A stretch of 64,000 nt of DNA from an uncultured Alphaproteobacteria bacterium (GCA_902561355.1 CACEPG010000001.1:28457-92456), one strand, 5' to 3'; numbered from the stretch's first letter, positions 49,249-58,985 are shown. Program-made: numbers and translations. The notes: generated from the sequence alone by a model not told the origin.

Positions 49249-50007
49249 ATGACCAATCAAGAATTTAAAGAAATGTCACTTATTGATCATCTTACTGAGT
49301 TAAGAAAAAGATTAATCTGGAGTTTTATTTATATTGTATTAATTTTTATTATTTGTTTTTATTTTGCAAATAATCTGTTTTCTTTTTTAGCTAAACCTTT
49401 AGTAAATCTTCTTGATGTTGAAAAAGGACAAGGTTTTATTTATACTGCTTTACAAGAAGCTTTTTTTACTGAACTCAAGATAGCGTTCTTTTTTTCTCTT
49501 TTTTTTGCATTTCCATTAATTTCAATACAAATTTGGAAATTTATTGCGCCAGGGTTATATCGTAATGAAAAAAAAGCTTTCCTGCCTTTTTTATTAGCAA
49601 CTCCCATCCTTTTTTTTGCTGGAGGGGCCATGGTATATTATTTAATAGCTCCATTAGCTTGGAATTTTTTTTTATCATATCAGAATTTAAATTCTTCAGG
49701 TGTTCCTATTAGATTAGAGGCCAAAATGGGAGAATATTTATCACTTATGATGAGATTTATTTTTGCTTTTGGTTTAGCTTTTCAGTTACCAGTATGTTTA
49801 GGATTAATGGCAAAAGTTAGATTAGTTACTCATACATCATTAAAAAAATTTAGAAAATTTGCAATTGTAATTGCTTTTCTATCAGCTGCTTTTCTGACTC
49901 CTCCTGATCCATTTAGTCAACTAAGTCTAGCTTTACCAATAATATTACTTTATGAAATTTCAATATTTATAGCTAAAATAATACAAAAAAATGATAATAA
50001 AAAATAA
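49249..50007 (+). CDS. tatC: Twin-arginine translocase subunit TatC
   Basis: HLTELRKRL, FIAPGLY, FQLP, TPPDPFSQ, LYE. Confidence 0.95.
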   Translation: MTNQEFKEMSLIDHLTELRKRLIWSFIYIVLIFIICFYFANNLFSFLAKPLVNLLDVEKGQGFIYTALQEAFFTELKIAFFFSLFFAFPLISIQIWKFIAPGLYRNEKKAFLPFLLATPILFFAGGAMVYYLIAPLAWNFFLSYQNLNSSGVPIRLEAKMGEYLSLMMRFIFAFGLAFQLPVCLGLMAKVRLVTHTSLKKFRKFAIVIAFLSAAFLTPPDPFSQLSLALPIILLYEISIFIAKIIQKNDNKK

Positions 50008-51270
50008 ATGCATAATATAAACTTTATAAGAGAAAATCCTCAAGAATTTGATAATGCAATGATACAAAGAGGCGAAATAGCAATTTCAAAAAAAATATTA
50101 GAAATTGATGAAGAAAAAAGAAAAACACAAACTTTTCTTCAAAATCTTCTCTCAGAAAAAAATACTTTATCAAAAACTATTGGAAAATTAAAAAGTGAAA
50201 ACAAAAATGCTGATAACTATTTAAAAAAAGTTGAAGAAATTAAAAATGAAATTAATACTTTAAAAGAACTTGAAACAATTAAAGAAGATGAATTACAAAG
50301 TATATTAAAAAGATTACCAAATATCCCTCATTCTTCTACTCCAGTAGGTAAATCTGAAAATGATAACTTATTTTACAAAGAGTGGGGAACTAAACCTGTT
50401 TTTAAATTTAAACCTAAAAGACATTTTGAAATTGGTGAAGATAATAATTTAATGGATTTTGAAACAGCATCAAAATTATCTGGATCTAGGTTTGTTGTTT
50501 TAAAAGGTCAATTATCTCGGCTAGAAAGAGCAATTTCAAACTTTATGTTAGATAAACATACTTTAGAAAATGGATACAAAGAAATGAATGTCCCTTTTTT
50601 AGTAAAAGATGATATTTTATATGGCACAGGTAATTTACCTAAATTTTCAGAAGATCTTTTTGCTGCTGGTGATAACCATTGGTTAATACCGACAGCTGAA
50701 GTACCTTTAACAAATTTATCTAATAATCAAATTTTAAATATTAAACAATTACCTTTAAGATATACTTCCTATACTCACTGTTTTCGCTCTGAAGCAGGTG
50801 CTGCTGGCAAAGATACTAGAGGTATGTTGAGACAACATCAATTTACTAAAGTTGAATTGGTTTCTATTGTAGAACCAAATTATTCAGATAATGAATTAGA
50901 AAGAATGCTTAGCTGTGCTGAGGCAATATTAAAAGAATTAAACATACATTATAGAATAATGACATTATGCACCGGAGATATGGGTTTTGCTGCACAAAAG
51001 ACATATGATATTGAGGTGTGGTTGCCAGGAGAAAATAATTATCGTGAAATATCAAGTTGTTCTAATTGTGGCGATTTTCAAGCAAGAAGAATGAATACTA
51101 GATATAAAAAAGAAAATAAAAATATATTTGTTCATACTTTAAATGGTTCAGGACTTGCTGTTGGTAGAACAATGATTGCTATTTTAGAGAATTATCAGAC
51201 TGAGGATGGCAATGTAATAATTCCTGAAGTATTAAGAAAATATTTTAATAATCAAGATAAATTAATTTAG
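50008..51270 (+). CDS. serS: Seryl-tRNA synthetase
   Basis: LIPTAEVP, FRSEAG, RQHQF, EISSCSN, TLNGSGLAVGR. Confidence 0.97.
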   Translation: MHNINFIRENPQEFDNAMIQRGEIAISKKILEIDEEKRKTQTFLQNLLSEKNTLSKTIGKLKSENKNADNYLKKVEEIKNEINTLKELETIKEDELQSILKRLPNIPHSSTPVGKSENDNLFYKEWGTKPVFKFKPKRHFEIGEDNNLMDFETASKLSGSRFVVLKGQLSRLERAISNFMLDKHTLENGYKEMNVPFLVKDDILYGTGNLPKFSEDLFAAGDNHWLIPTAEVPLTNLSNNQILNIKQLPLRYTSYTHCFRSEAGAAGKDTRGMLRQHQFTKVELVSIVEPNYSDNELERMLSCAEAILKELNIHYRIMTLCTGDMGFAAQKTYDIEVWLPGENNYREISSCSNCGDFQARRMNTRYKKENKNIFVHTLNGSGLAVGRTMIAILENYQTEDGNVIIPEVLRKYFNNQDKLI

Positions 51271-51896
51271 TGCTAGATGTTAGGAAAATAAGATTAATTT
51301 TAGAATTAAGGGAATCCGGCATAAACGATCCTAAAGTATTATCTGCAATAGAAAAGATTCCAAGAGAAGATTTTATCCCTGAAAATTTTAGAAATCAAGC
51401 TTATGAAAATATTGCTCTTCCAATAGGAGATAATCAAACAATAAGTCAGCCTTTTGTAGTTGCCAAAATGACACAAATACTTAATGTTAATAATACACAT
51501 AAAATATTAGAAATAGGTACAGGTAGTGGTTATCAATGCTCTGTATTAGCACTTTTATCCCGAAGAGTTTATACAATTGAAAGAATTAAAAATTTAAAAT
51601 TGAATGCTGAAAAAATATTTTCTAAATTAAAAATCACTAATATAGTAACAAAATATGCTGACGGCAATCTTGGGTGGAAAGAACAAATTCCATTTGATAG
51701 GATTATATTTACAGCAGCTACTTCTAAAATATCTAATCATATTTTTATGCATATAAAAGAAGGAGGCATCATTGTTTCTCCCATGATTAAAAAAAATAAA
51801 CAAATTTTAGTTAAATTTACTAAATTAGATAATCAAATTATTCATGAAGAATTTGATGATGTTTTATTTGTTCCTAATCTTGATAATGTAGAATAA
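51270..51896 (+). CDS. pcm: Protein-L-isoaspartate O-methyltransferase
   Basis: QTISQP, LEIGTGSGY, PFDRII, FVP; GTG start. Confidence 0.92.
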   Translation: MLDVRKIRLILELRESGINDPKVLSAIEKIPREDFIPENFRNQAYENIALPIGDNQTISQPFVVAKMTQILNVNNTHKILEIGTGSGYQCSVLALLSRRVYTIERIKNLKLNAEKIFSKLKITNIVTKYADGNLGWKEQIPFDRIIFTAATSKISNHIFMHIKEGGIIVSPMIKKNKQILVKFTKLDNQIIHEEFDDVLFVPNLDNVE

Positions 51897-51897
51897 T

Positions 51898-53259
51898 TTA
51901 TTTTAATATTTTTTTAAATTTTATTTTGCAAAAATTGTAATATAATATTGCTATTACCCAATGCATTATCACTAAACCATAAAACATATAATTATAATTT
52001 TGATCTATTTTATTAATTATAAAATAAATAATTATAGTTGGTATGATGACAAACCGTAGAATAGCCATATACATTACTATTGCAGGTAATTTCAAACCTT
52101 GAAATGTAGCATTACCAAAAAAGAAAAAAGGGAAAGCGGGAAACATTAGTGCAGTTATTTTTAAATAATCATATCCAAATTGTTTTACTTTTTCATCTGT
52201 TGTAAATAAATTCATCGAAATTTCAGCAGTTATAAACATTATAAATCCAAGAATCGTCAGCAAAATGATGCCAACTAAAAGTGCTTTATTATATGTTTCC
52301 AAAACTCTTTCATAATTTTTTGCTCCATAATTTTGACCAACAATTGATATTACTGCTGTGCTTAAACCTAATAAAGGTAAAAAAAATAATTGCTCATACC
52401 TACCAGCAGATGTATAGCCTGCTACTGCATTGCTACCAAATATTGCAACAAAAAATATTAGTATATAAGAGCCTAAAGCAATCATCATCATACCAATAGA
52501 TGCTGGTATTCCATGATTTAATATATTTAAAATGATTTTAATATTTGGAACTATTGTAAATTTTGTATACTTGTAAATTTCAGATTTTTGTACCTTGTAA
52601 AATAAATAAAAAACTCCTACAAAATTTGAAATAATTGTCGCGTAAGCTATACCCGATATTCCTAAACCATTAAATAATTGAAAATTATATATTTTTCCTG
52701 ATATCATTATAGGATTTAATATAATATTTAAAAAGAAACTAAATATTAATACATTTCTATAACTTTTAGTATCACCTTGAGCGCTTAAAGATGAATTCAA
52801 TGCCATCAAAATAAAAATAAATATTGATCCTATAAATATAATTCTCATATACTCATTAGATAAATACAATAAATCTTTATCATTATTCATTGAACTTATT
52901 AAAGTATTGCTAAAAGTTAAACCGAATATACTTACAATTACAGAAATTAAAATAGCCACTATTAAAGATTGTATAACAACATTACCGGCTTTAAATTTAT
53001 TGTTTTCACCTATACTGTTAGCTATTAAAGATGTTGTTCCGATACTTATTCCCACACCTAATGCTATTATAATAAAATAAATTGGAAATACTTGACCAAT
53101 AGCAGCTAATGCTTCTTTAGAAATCATTTGACCAGCAAAAATGGAATCTACAACAGAATATAAATTTTGAAAGATTGTACCAATTGAAGAAGGAATAGCT
53201 ATTTTTATAAATAACGAATATATATTTTCATCTTTTAAATTAATTATATTTTTTTTCAC
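51898..53259 (-). CDS. MATE family efflux transporter
   Basis: LYSVVDSIF, ALAAIG, GDTK, NIILNP, GQNYGA. Confidence 0.9.
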   Translation of the reverse strand: MKKNIINLKDENIYSLFIKIAIPSSIGTIFQNLYSVVDSIFAGQMISKEALAAIGQVFPIYFIIIALGVGISIGTTSLIANSIGENNKFKAGNVVIQSLIVAILISVIVSIFGLTFSNTLISSMNNDKDLLYLSNEYMRIIFIGSIFIFILMALNSSLSAQGDTKSYRNVLIFSFFLNIILNPIMISGKIYNFQLFNGLGISGIAYATIISNFVGVFYLFYKVQKSEIYKYTKFTIVPNIKIILNILNHGIPASIGMMMIALGSYILIFFVAIFGSNAVAGYTSAGRYEQLFFLPLLGLSTAVISIVGQNYGAKNYERVLETYNKALLVGIILLTILGFIMFITAEISMNLFTTDEKVKQFGYDYLKITALMFPAFPFFFFGNATFQGLKLPAIVMYMAILRFVIIPTIIIYFIINKIDQNYNYMFYGLVIMHWVIAILYYNFCKIKFKKILK

Positions 53260-54095
53260 TATTTTAAATATTGAAATACAGGTTTGATTTTACAACTTTT
53301 ATTTTTTAAATGTTCATATAATTCATAAACAGTATTTTTTAAATTACTTATTATTTTTTTATTACTATTAACTAAAAAAATTCCACTTCCTTTTAATCCT
53401 ATTTCTTCTGTATAGTCTTCTATAGGTAATTCTATTCGTATTAAATTGCTTAATGCTAATTTTTTAATTTTTTCAATAAATATTTTATGATTATCAATAG
53501 CTATTATTGGATACCAAATTAATATAGTAAAATTTTTGAAACGTTCATCTATAATTTTTAGAAAATTTATAACTTCAATATAATCACTATCAAGTTCATA
53601 TGAAGGATCTATTAAAACCAAGTATTTATTTCTAAAATTTATTTTTTTTTTATAAAAATTAAAACCATTGGTATGATATATTTTTAAATTTGTATAATTT
53701 GATAAATTCTTTTTTAATGTTTTAATTTCATTATTATGAAGTTCATAAAAAAATAATTTGTCATTATTATTGCTTAAATGACTCATAATCATTGGCGAAC
53801 CTGGATATAAAGATAATTTTTTTGATTTATTAATATTTTTAATTGTTTTTAAATAATGATTTATTTGTGAATTATTACTATTAGATTTGATTAATTTTTC
53901 AATACCATAGATATATTCTTTATTTTTAGCCATAAATTCATTATTGTAAAAATACAGCCCATTACCAGAATGTGTGTCAATATAATTTATTGAATTATGC
54001 ATTCTTTTTAGAATTTTATAGCAATTAATAAGACATACATGCTTTAATACATCAGCATGATTACCTGCATGAAATCCGTGTCTATAACTAAGCAT
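53259..54095 (-). CDS. rlmJ: 23S rRNA m6A2030 methyltransferase
   Basis: MLSYRHGFHAGNHADVLKH, YIDTHSG, YPGSP, LIDPSYE, IWYP. Confidence 0.92.
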   Translation of the reverse strand: MLSYRHGFHAGNHADVLKHVCLINCYKILKRMHNSINYIDTHSGNGLYFYNNEFMAKNKEYIYGIEKLIKSNSNNSQINHYLKTIKNINKSKKLSLYPGSPMIMSHLSNNNDKLFFYELHNNEIKTLKKNLSNYTNLKIYHTNGFNFYKKKINFRNKYLVLIDPSYELDSDYIEVINFLKIIDERFKNFTILIWYPIIAIDNHKIFIEKIKKLALSNLIRIELPIEDYTEEIGLKGSGIFLVNSNKKIISNLKNTVYELYEHLKNKSCKIKPVFQYLK

Positions 54096-54242
54096 AAAAT
54101 ACTATAATAAAATACTTGCAATTCATAAGTTAATAGTTAAGTAGTGTAATTAATTAATCAACGAGAGATTTTATTACTTATTATACATTATTTTTAAAAT
54201 AAAAATCTTAAACCTCAAATATAAAAATAGAAGGAGAAAAAT

Positions 54243-54446
54243 ATGCCAACAGGTAAAATTAAATGGTTTAATCCAACAAAAGGATATGGATTTATTGAAA
54301 ATGATGCAGGAGGAAAAGATGTATTTCTGCATATTTCAGCATTAGAAGAGGCAGGTATTGATACTTTGCAAGAAGGAGAAGCTGTTTCTTTCGAAATAGG
54401 AGAAAATAGAGGCAAAGAGAACGCTATTAATATTAAAAAAGTTTAA
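54243..54446 (+). CDS. cspA: Cold-shock protein
   Basis: KWFN, KGYGFI (RNP1), DVFLH (RNP2); AAGGAG SD. Confidence 0.95.
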   Translation: MPTGKIKWFNPTKGYGFIENDAGGKDVFLHISALEEAGIDTLQEGEAVSFEIGENRGKENAINIKKV

Positions 54447-54459
54447 TTTTCACATTTAA

Positions 54460-54681
54460 TTGAATAAGTTTTTAGAATGGTCTGGTGTCACCACAGCTAT
54501 TCTTTATTCGTTATTAGTAGCATTTAATATAGGGCTAGAATTCATTGGTTTTAGTTTATTAACAATATCTGCTATATTAATAGGATTATGGTCTTTTAAA
54601 CTAAATCACAAAGGTATTCTTTTTTTACAGCTTTTTTACATTACAGCAGGTATTATAGGAATGTTTAGATGGTTTGGATAA
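54460..54681 (+). CDS. Small 3-TM membrane protein
   Basis: 73 aa, TTG start, three hydrophobic segments, ends LQLFYITAGIIGMFRWFG. Confidence 0.65.
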   Translation: MNKFLEWSGVTTAILYSLLVAFNIGLEFIGFSLLTISAILIGLWSFKLNHKGILFLQLFYITAGIIGMFRWFG

Positions 54682-54911
54682 GATTAATTTTTTTATTATT
54701 TTTTTCATTTGGTTTACAAAGTAATGAACTAACTGAACAAGAATTACAATTTTTTAACTTTTTAGATTTAAACAATGATAATTTTATTTCTATTGAGGAA
54801 ATTAATAATTCAACAAATATTTTATTTCAATTAATTGATTCTAATCAGGATAAAAAAATTTCTCATGATGAATTAAAAGAGCTTAAACGTATTATTGAAC
54901 TATTAACATGA
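54669..54911 (+). CDS. Exported EF-hand protein
   Basis: Signal-like N-terminus and two 12-residue loops, DLNNDNFISIEE and DSNQDKKISHDE. Confidence 0.7.
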   Translation: MVWIRLIFLLFFSFGLQSNELTEQELQFFNFLDLNNDNFISIEEINNSTNILFQLIDSNQDKKISHDELKELKRIIELLT

Positions 54912-55645
54912 CAATTTGGGGAAAAATTTTAGGTGGAGCAGCTGGCTTTGCCTTAGGAGGACCTATTGGTGCTATCCTTGGTGTTATGGCAGGTAACGCC
55001 TTTGATAAACGTTCTAAATCTAAGTTTAATTTTTCTCAAATAAATCAAAATCAAAAGCAACAAATTTTTACAATTAGTTTTATTATTTTATCAGCAAAAC
55101 TTGCAAAATCTGATGGAAAAGTAACGGAAGATGAAATACGAGCATTTAAAGAAAAATTTAAAATTCCTAAGTCTGAAATCAATAAAGTAGGAAAAATATT
55201 TAACGAGGCAAAAAAAGATGTTTATGGATATAAACAAATTGCTGACCAAGTAGGTCTGTTATTTTCTGATAACAAAGTTTTGCTAGAAGAATTACTTAAT
55301 AATCTATTTTATATAGCAGCTTCAGATGGTCAAATTTCATTAAAAGAAATTGATCTTTTAAAATCGATATCTGTATCTTTTAAATTTTCTGAAAAAGATT
55401 TTCAAAGAATTTTTCAAATGAATTTAAATAACAAGGATGCTGATCCATACAAACTTTTGGGAGTAAATAGAAGTGATGATGATAAAATAATCAGAAAAAA
55501 ATGGATCTTATTAAATAAAGAGCATCATCCTGACAATTTAATTGCAAAAGGAATGCCTAAGGAATTTATTGAACAATCAAATAAAGAACTCGCTTCTATT
55601 AATTTAGCTTATGATAAAATTAAAGAATTAAGAGGCATTTCTTGA
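54908..55645 (+). CDS. djlA: DjlA-like co-chaperone (TM + TerB-like + J domain)
   Basis: IWGKILGG, AKLAKSDG, IAASDG, DPYKLLGV, HHPD. Confidence 0.88.
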   Translation: MTIWGKILGGAAGFALGGPIGAILGVMAGNAFDKRSKSKFNFSQINQNQKQQIFTISFIILSAKLAKSDGKVTEDEIRAFKEKFKIPKSEINKVGKIFNEAKKDVYGYKQIADQVGLLFSDNKVLLEELLNNLFYIAASDGQISLKEIDLLKSISVSFKFSEKDFQRIFQMNLNNKDADPYKLLGVNRSDDDKIIRKKWILLNKEHHPDNLIAKGMPKEFIEQSNKELASINLAYDKIKELRGIS

Positions 55646-56616
55646 CGCATAATGATCTTTCAATAGATAAAATTCAGACTGTATATAACAAATTATTACC
55701 TTATATAAATATCACTCCTTTAATTGAAGGATCTTCAGAATTAAATAATTTACTTAATACTAATATAATATTAAAATTTGAATGTTTTCAAAAAGGTGGA
55801 TCTTTTAAAATTAGAGGTGCAATCAATAATATATTATCTATTGGTAAAAAAAATTTAGAAAAAGGTATTACAGCAGTAAGTGCAGGCAACCATGCAATTG
55901 CAGCTTCTTATGCAGCTAATTTATTTAACTTAAAAAATAAAATCTATATTTATGAAAATGCTAATCCTTATCGAGTCAATGTTTGTAAAAACTTAAAAGC
56001 AAATTTAATTTACACAAATGCTGATAAAGCTTTTGAAAATGTAAAAAGTGCTGAAAAAGAAGGATATACGTTTATACATCCTTTTGATGGAAGAAATACA
56101 TTACAAGGATCCGCAACACTTGGTTTAGAAATTTTAAATCAATTAAAAAAATTCAATAAAAAAGTTGATAATATAGTAATAGCAGTAGGTGGTGGTGGCT
56201 TAATTAGTGGACTAGGTTCTTACATCAAGCAATTATATCCAAAGACTAGAGTTATTGGAGTTGAACCTTTTCTAGCAAGCGGTATGAGTCAAAGTTTAAA
56301 AACAAATAATCCTTTAATTAATGTTAAAGTTTCAAGTATTGCTGATAGTTTGTGTGCTCCATTACATATGCCTTATTCTTTTTCAGTAGCAAAAAATGTT
56401 ATTGATGAGATGATAATTATAACTGAAGATGAAATGAGAGAAAGTATGTTATTTGCATACAATAATTTTAAATTACTCTTAGAACCTGCATGTGTTGCGG
56501 GTTTATCAGCAGTAAAATATCATTTAAAAAACAAGATTAGAGGAGAAAATACTATATTAGTTTTATGTGGTTCAAATTTGGATTATTTAACTTGGAAAAA
56601 TATTATTTCAGGTTAG
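55642..56616 (+). CDS. Threonine/serine dehydratase family PLP enzyme (no ACT domain)
   Basis: KFECFQKGGSFKIRGA, SAGNHA, HPFD, VGGGGLISG, EPA; TTG start. Confidence 0.85.
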   Translation: MTHNDLSIDKIQTVYNKLLPYINITPLIEGSSELNNLLNTNIILKFECFQKGGSFKIRGAINNILSIGKKNLEKGITAVSAGNHAIAASYAANLFNLKNKIYIYENANPYRVNVCKNLKANLIYTNADKAFENVKSAEKEGYTFIHPFDGRNTLQGSATLGLEILNQLKKFNKKVDNIVIAVGGGGLISGLGSYIKQLYPKTRVIGVEPFLASGMSQSLKTNNPLINVKVSSIADSLCAPLHMPYSFSVAKNVIDEMIIITEDEMRESMLFAYNNFKLLLEPACVAGLSAVKYHLKNKIRGENTILVLCGSNLDYLTWKNIISG

Positions 56617-57715
56617 GGTTAAATAATTTACCTCCACTAATTGGTTTATTATTATTAGTTGTTAGTGGAGTACTGATAATTAAGTTTTTTAAAGATCTAA
56701 TACCTATATATCCAAACATTTGAGATTCTATTAAATCGCCATCATAACCATATTTATCAATTTTAGTAATTTTTATATTTTTTAAATTTTCTCTTAATAT
56801 TTTTATTAATAATATGTTTTTTCTTCCTCCACCAGTTAATATAATTTCGTTTAAATATGAATTTTTTTTTCGATCTATAAATTTTTTAATTGAATAAATG
56901 GTAAAAGCTAAAGCCGTTCTAATTGCGTCATTTTTCTTATTTTTTTTCATTTTATTTAAATATCTATCAAAATGATTCCTATCTAGTGACTTAGGATATT
57001 TTTTTTTAAAAAAAGGATCTTTTTTAAACAGATTGAATATATATTTTGATATTTTTCCATTTGATGCATAGTATCCATTTGTATCATATTTTTTTTTATA
57101 AAAAAAATACACAAGATCATCAATAATTCCATTTCCTGGTCCAATATCTGTAGAAATTAATGTTCTATTTTTAATTTGTGATGAATTTGTAACCCCACCT
57201 ATGTTGATTATAACTGCTCTACTATTTATAACATTAAGTAAATATTTATGGTAATAAGAACCTATAGGAGCACCTTCACCACCATTAATAATATCTTTTT
57301 CTCTAAAATTTGTTACCACTCTAACTTTAAAATATTCACTAATAGTCTTTCCATTTCCTAGTTGTATTGTAATATTCTTGTTGGGATTATGATACATTGT
57401 TTGACCACTTAAACTTATAATATCAATCTTTTTTATCTTATTTCTTTTAAAGAATTTTTCTATGTATTTTATAGCATCTTTTGTTATCTGATTTTCATAT
57501 AATTGAAAATATTCATATATTTTTGAAATATTGTTTGGTTTATTTTCAACTATTCTTTTTAACTTTATTTGTTTCTTTAAACTGTAACTGTAATTTTCTT
57601 CTTTAATTATTTTAACATAATTAATTCCATCTGTTTTAATTAGACTTAAATCAATTCCATCCATTGATGTTCCTGTCATTACTCCTAATACAAGATATTT
57701 ATTCAAATCTTTCAT
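56603..57715 (-). CDS. anmK: Anhydro-N-acetylmuramic acid kinase
   Basis: GVMTGTSMDGID, GGEGAP, NIGGV, DIGPGN, PKSLDR, GGGRKN. Start placed at ATG 57715. Confidence 0.88.
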   Translation of the reverse strand: MKDLNKYLVLGVMTGTSMDGIDLSLIKTDGINYVKIIKEENYSYSLKKQIKLKRIVENKPNNISKIYEYFQLYENQITKDAIKYIEKFFKRNKIKKIDIISLSGQTMYHNPNKNITIQLGNGKTISEYFKVRVVTNFREKDIINGGEGAPIGSYYHKYLLNVINSRAVIINIGGVTNSSQIKNRTLISTDIGPGNGIIDDLVYFFYKKKYDTNGYYASNGKISKYIFNLFKKDPFFKKKYPKSLDRNHFDRYLNKMKKNKKNDAIRTALAFTIYSIKKFIDRKKNSYLNEIILTGGGRKNILLIKILRENLKNIKITKIDKYGYDGDLIESQMFGYIGIRSLKNLIISTPLTTNNNKPISGGKLFNPNLK

Positions 57716-57758
57716 TATAAACTTTTCTTTAATTGTAATTTTATTATATATTTTTAAT

Positions 57759-58709
57759 ATGATACAATCCAATCATAATCTTAAAGCAATTATTCTTATT
57801 TTATTAGGAATGACAGTTTTTGCTATTCAAGACACATTTATAAAATTAATCTCTAATGAAGTTAATTTATATTTAATTTATTTTACAAGATGTATTATAG
57901 GCTTGATTATACTTTTATCTTATTTGAAATTCAAAAAAATAGATATTATTTTTAATACTAACTATCCTATTTTAACCATTATAAGAACTATTGTATTTTT
58001 TTTAGGTTTTAGTTTCTATTATTTTTCTCTTTCTAAACTTTCATTGCCAATTGCTATAACTTTGTTTTTTGTAAGTCCTTTTTTTACATCAATATTTTCT
58101 ATGGTAATTTTAAAAGATAAAGTTGGTTATAAAAGATGGTTAGCTATTTTTATTGGTTTTATTGGAGTGTATTTAGTGATGGATCCAAATTTTAATGATT
58201 TTAATATTTATTCTTTATTCCCAATTATTTGTGCTCTTTGTTATTCTTTTACAATAATTGTTCAAAAAAAAACTTCTGATAAAGATAGCGTATTTTCACA
58301 AATTATTCATATTTACATTTCCGCATTAATTTTTTCTATTTTAATTAAATTAACTTTATCAAATATGATAATTGATCCTAATATCGCTAAAGAATTTCAA
58401 CCAATATTTATAGAGTGGAAAATAGATAATTACCTAACTCTGTTAATGTTAATTTCCATAGGCTTCACTGGTGTTATTGGATTTTTATGCCTTTTTTCAG
58501 CATATAACATAGGTTCGCCTTCGGCCATAGCTCCATTTGAATATGTAATAATTATTTGGGGTTTAATTATTGGTTGGTTTTTATGGTCTGAGACACTGAA
58601 TTTAAAAGGTTTTATGGGTTTATTTTTAATTATTTCTGCAGGAATATTCACCTTTTTAAGGGAAGCTAAATTAAATAAAAAAATATCTATAGATAAACCT
58701 CTTAGATAA
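57759..58709 (+). CDS. DMT/EamA family transporter
   Basis: About 10 TM helices, FFVSPFF, RWLAIFIGFIGV, IAPFEY. Confidence 0.88.
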   Translation: MIQSNHNLKAIILILLGMTVFAIQDTFIKLISNEVNLYLIYFTRCIIGLIILLSYLKFKKIDIIFNTNYPILTIIRTIVFFLGFSFYYFSLSKLSLPIAITLFFVSPFFTSIFSMVILKDKVGYKRWLAIFIGFIGVYLVMDPNFNDFNIYSLFPIICALCYSFTIIVQKKTSDKDSVFSQIIHIYISALIFSILIKLTLSNMIIDPNIAKEFQPIFIEWKIDNYLTLLMLISIGFTGVIGFLCLFSAYNIGSPSAIAPFEYVIIIWGLIIGWFLWSETLNLKGFMGLFLIISAGIFTFLREAKLNKKISIDKPLR

Positions 58710-58816
58710 CCTTTACACAGTTTACTAACAGAATACTAAGAATTATTATTAAATATCTATTAATAATTATAATAATTTAATTGTTATTTTTCTTAATTAA
58801 CATATTTATATAAATA

Positions 58817-58932
58817 CTTATTACACGCAAAGGTAATAAGGAAATTTATAAATGGAAACTTTTATAAATTTGTAAGGGGAGGAAATGCTACTTACAATAA
58901 AGGCTTCTAGCTTGCTGGAAGCCTTTTTTTTT
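58817..58932 (+). ncRNA. Candidate structured RNA (three hairpins plus terminator), family not recognised
   Basis: Stems 58817-24/58833-40, 58842-52/58861-71 and 58870-76/58891-97, followed by a terminator stem. Confidence 0.5.
58902..58932 (+). terminator. Intrinsic terminator
   Basis: GGCTTCTAG-CTTG-CTGGAAGCC followed by 9 Ts. Confidence 0.85.
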
Positions 58933-58985
58933 GCAAATAAATAAATTATCATTCATAGTATTTAAAATTAAATGATTAAATTAAT

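Noticed and set aside
53259..57715. Extremely AT- and Lys/Asn-rich rlmJ and anmK as pseudogenes or foreign DNA
   Set aside because: Both are full-length with intact motifs. Compositional drift in weakly expressed genes explains them.
58852..58875. Micro-ORF METFINL after an AAGGA, inside the candidate RNA
   Set aside because: Only 7 codons, its start is buried in hairpin 2, and it has no regulatory codon run. It cannot be supported without ribosome profiling.
58870..58897. Minus-strand reading as a SuhB/MmgR- or cuckoo-like sRNA (TTTCCTCCCC loop)
   Set aside because: The loop resembles the anti-SD motif, but the U-tract, G-U pairs and GNRA loops point to the + strand, and no minus-strand terminator follows. 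Not fully excluded.
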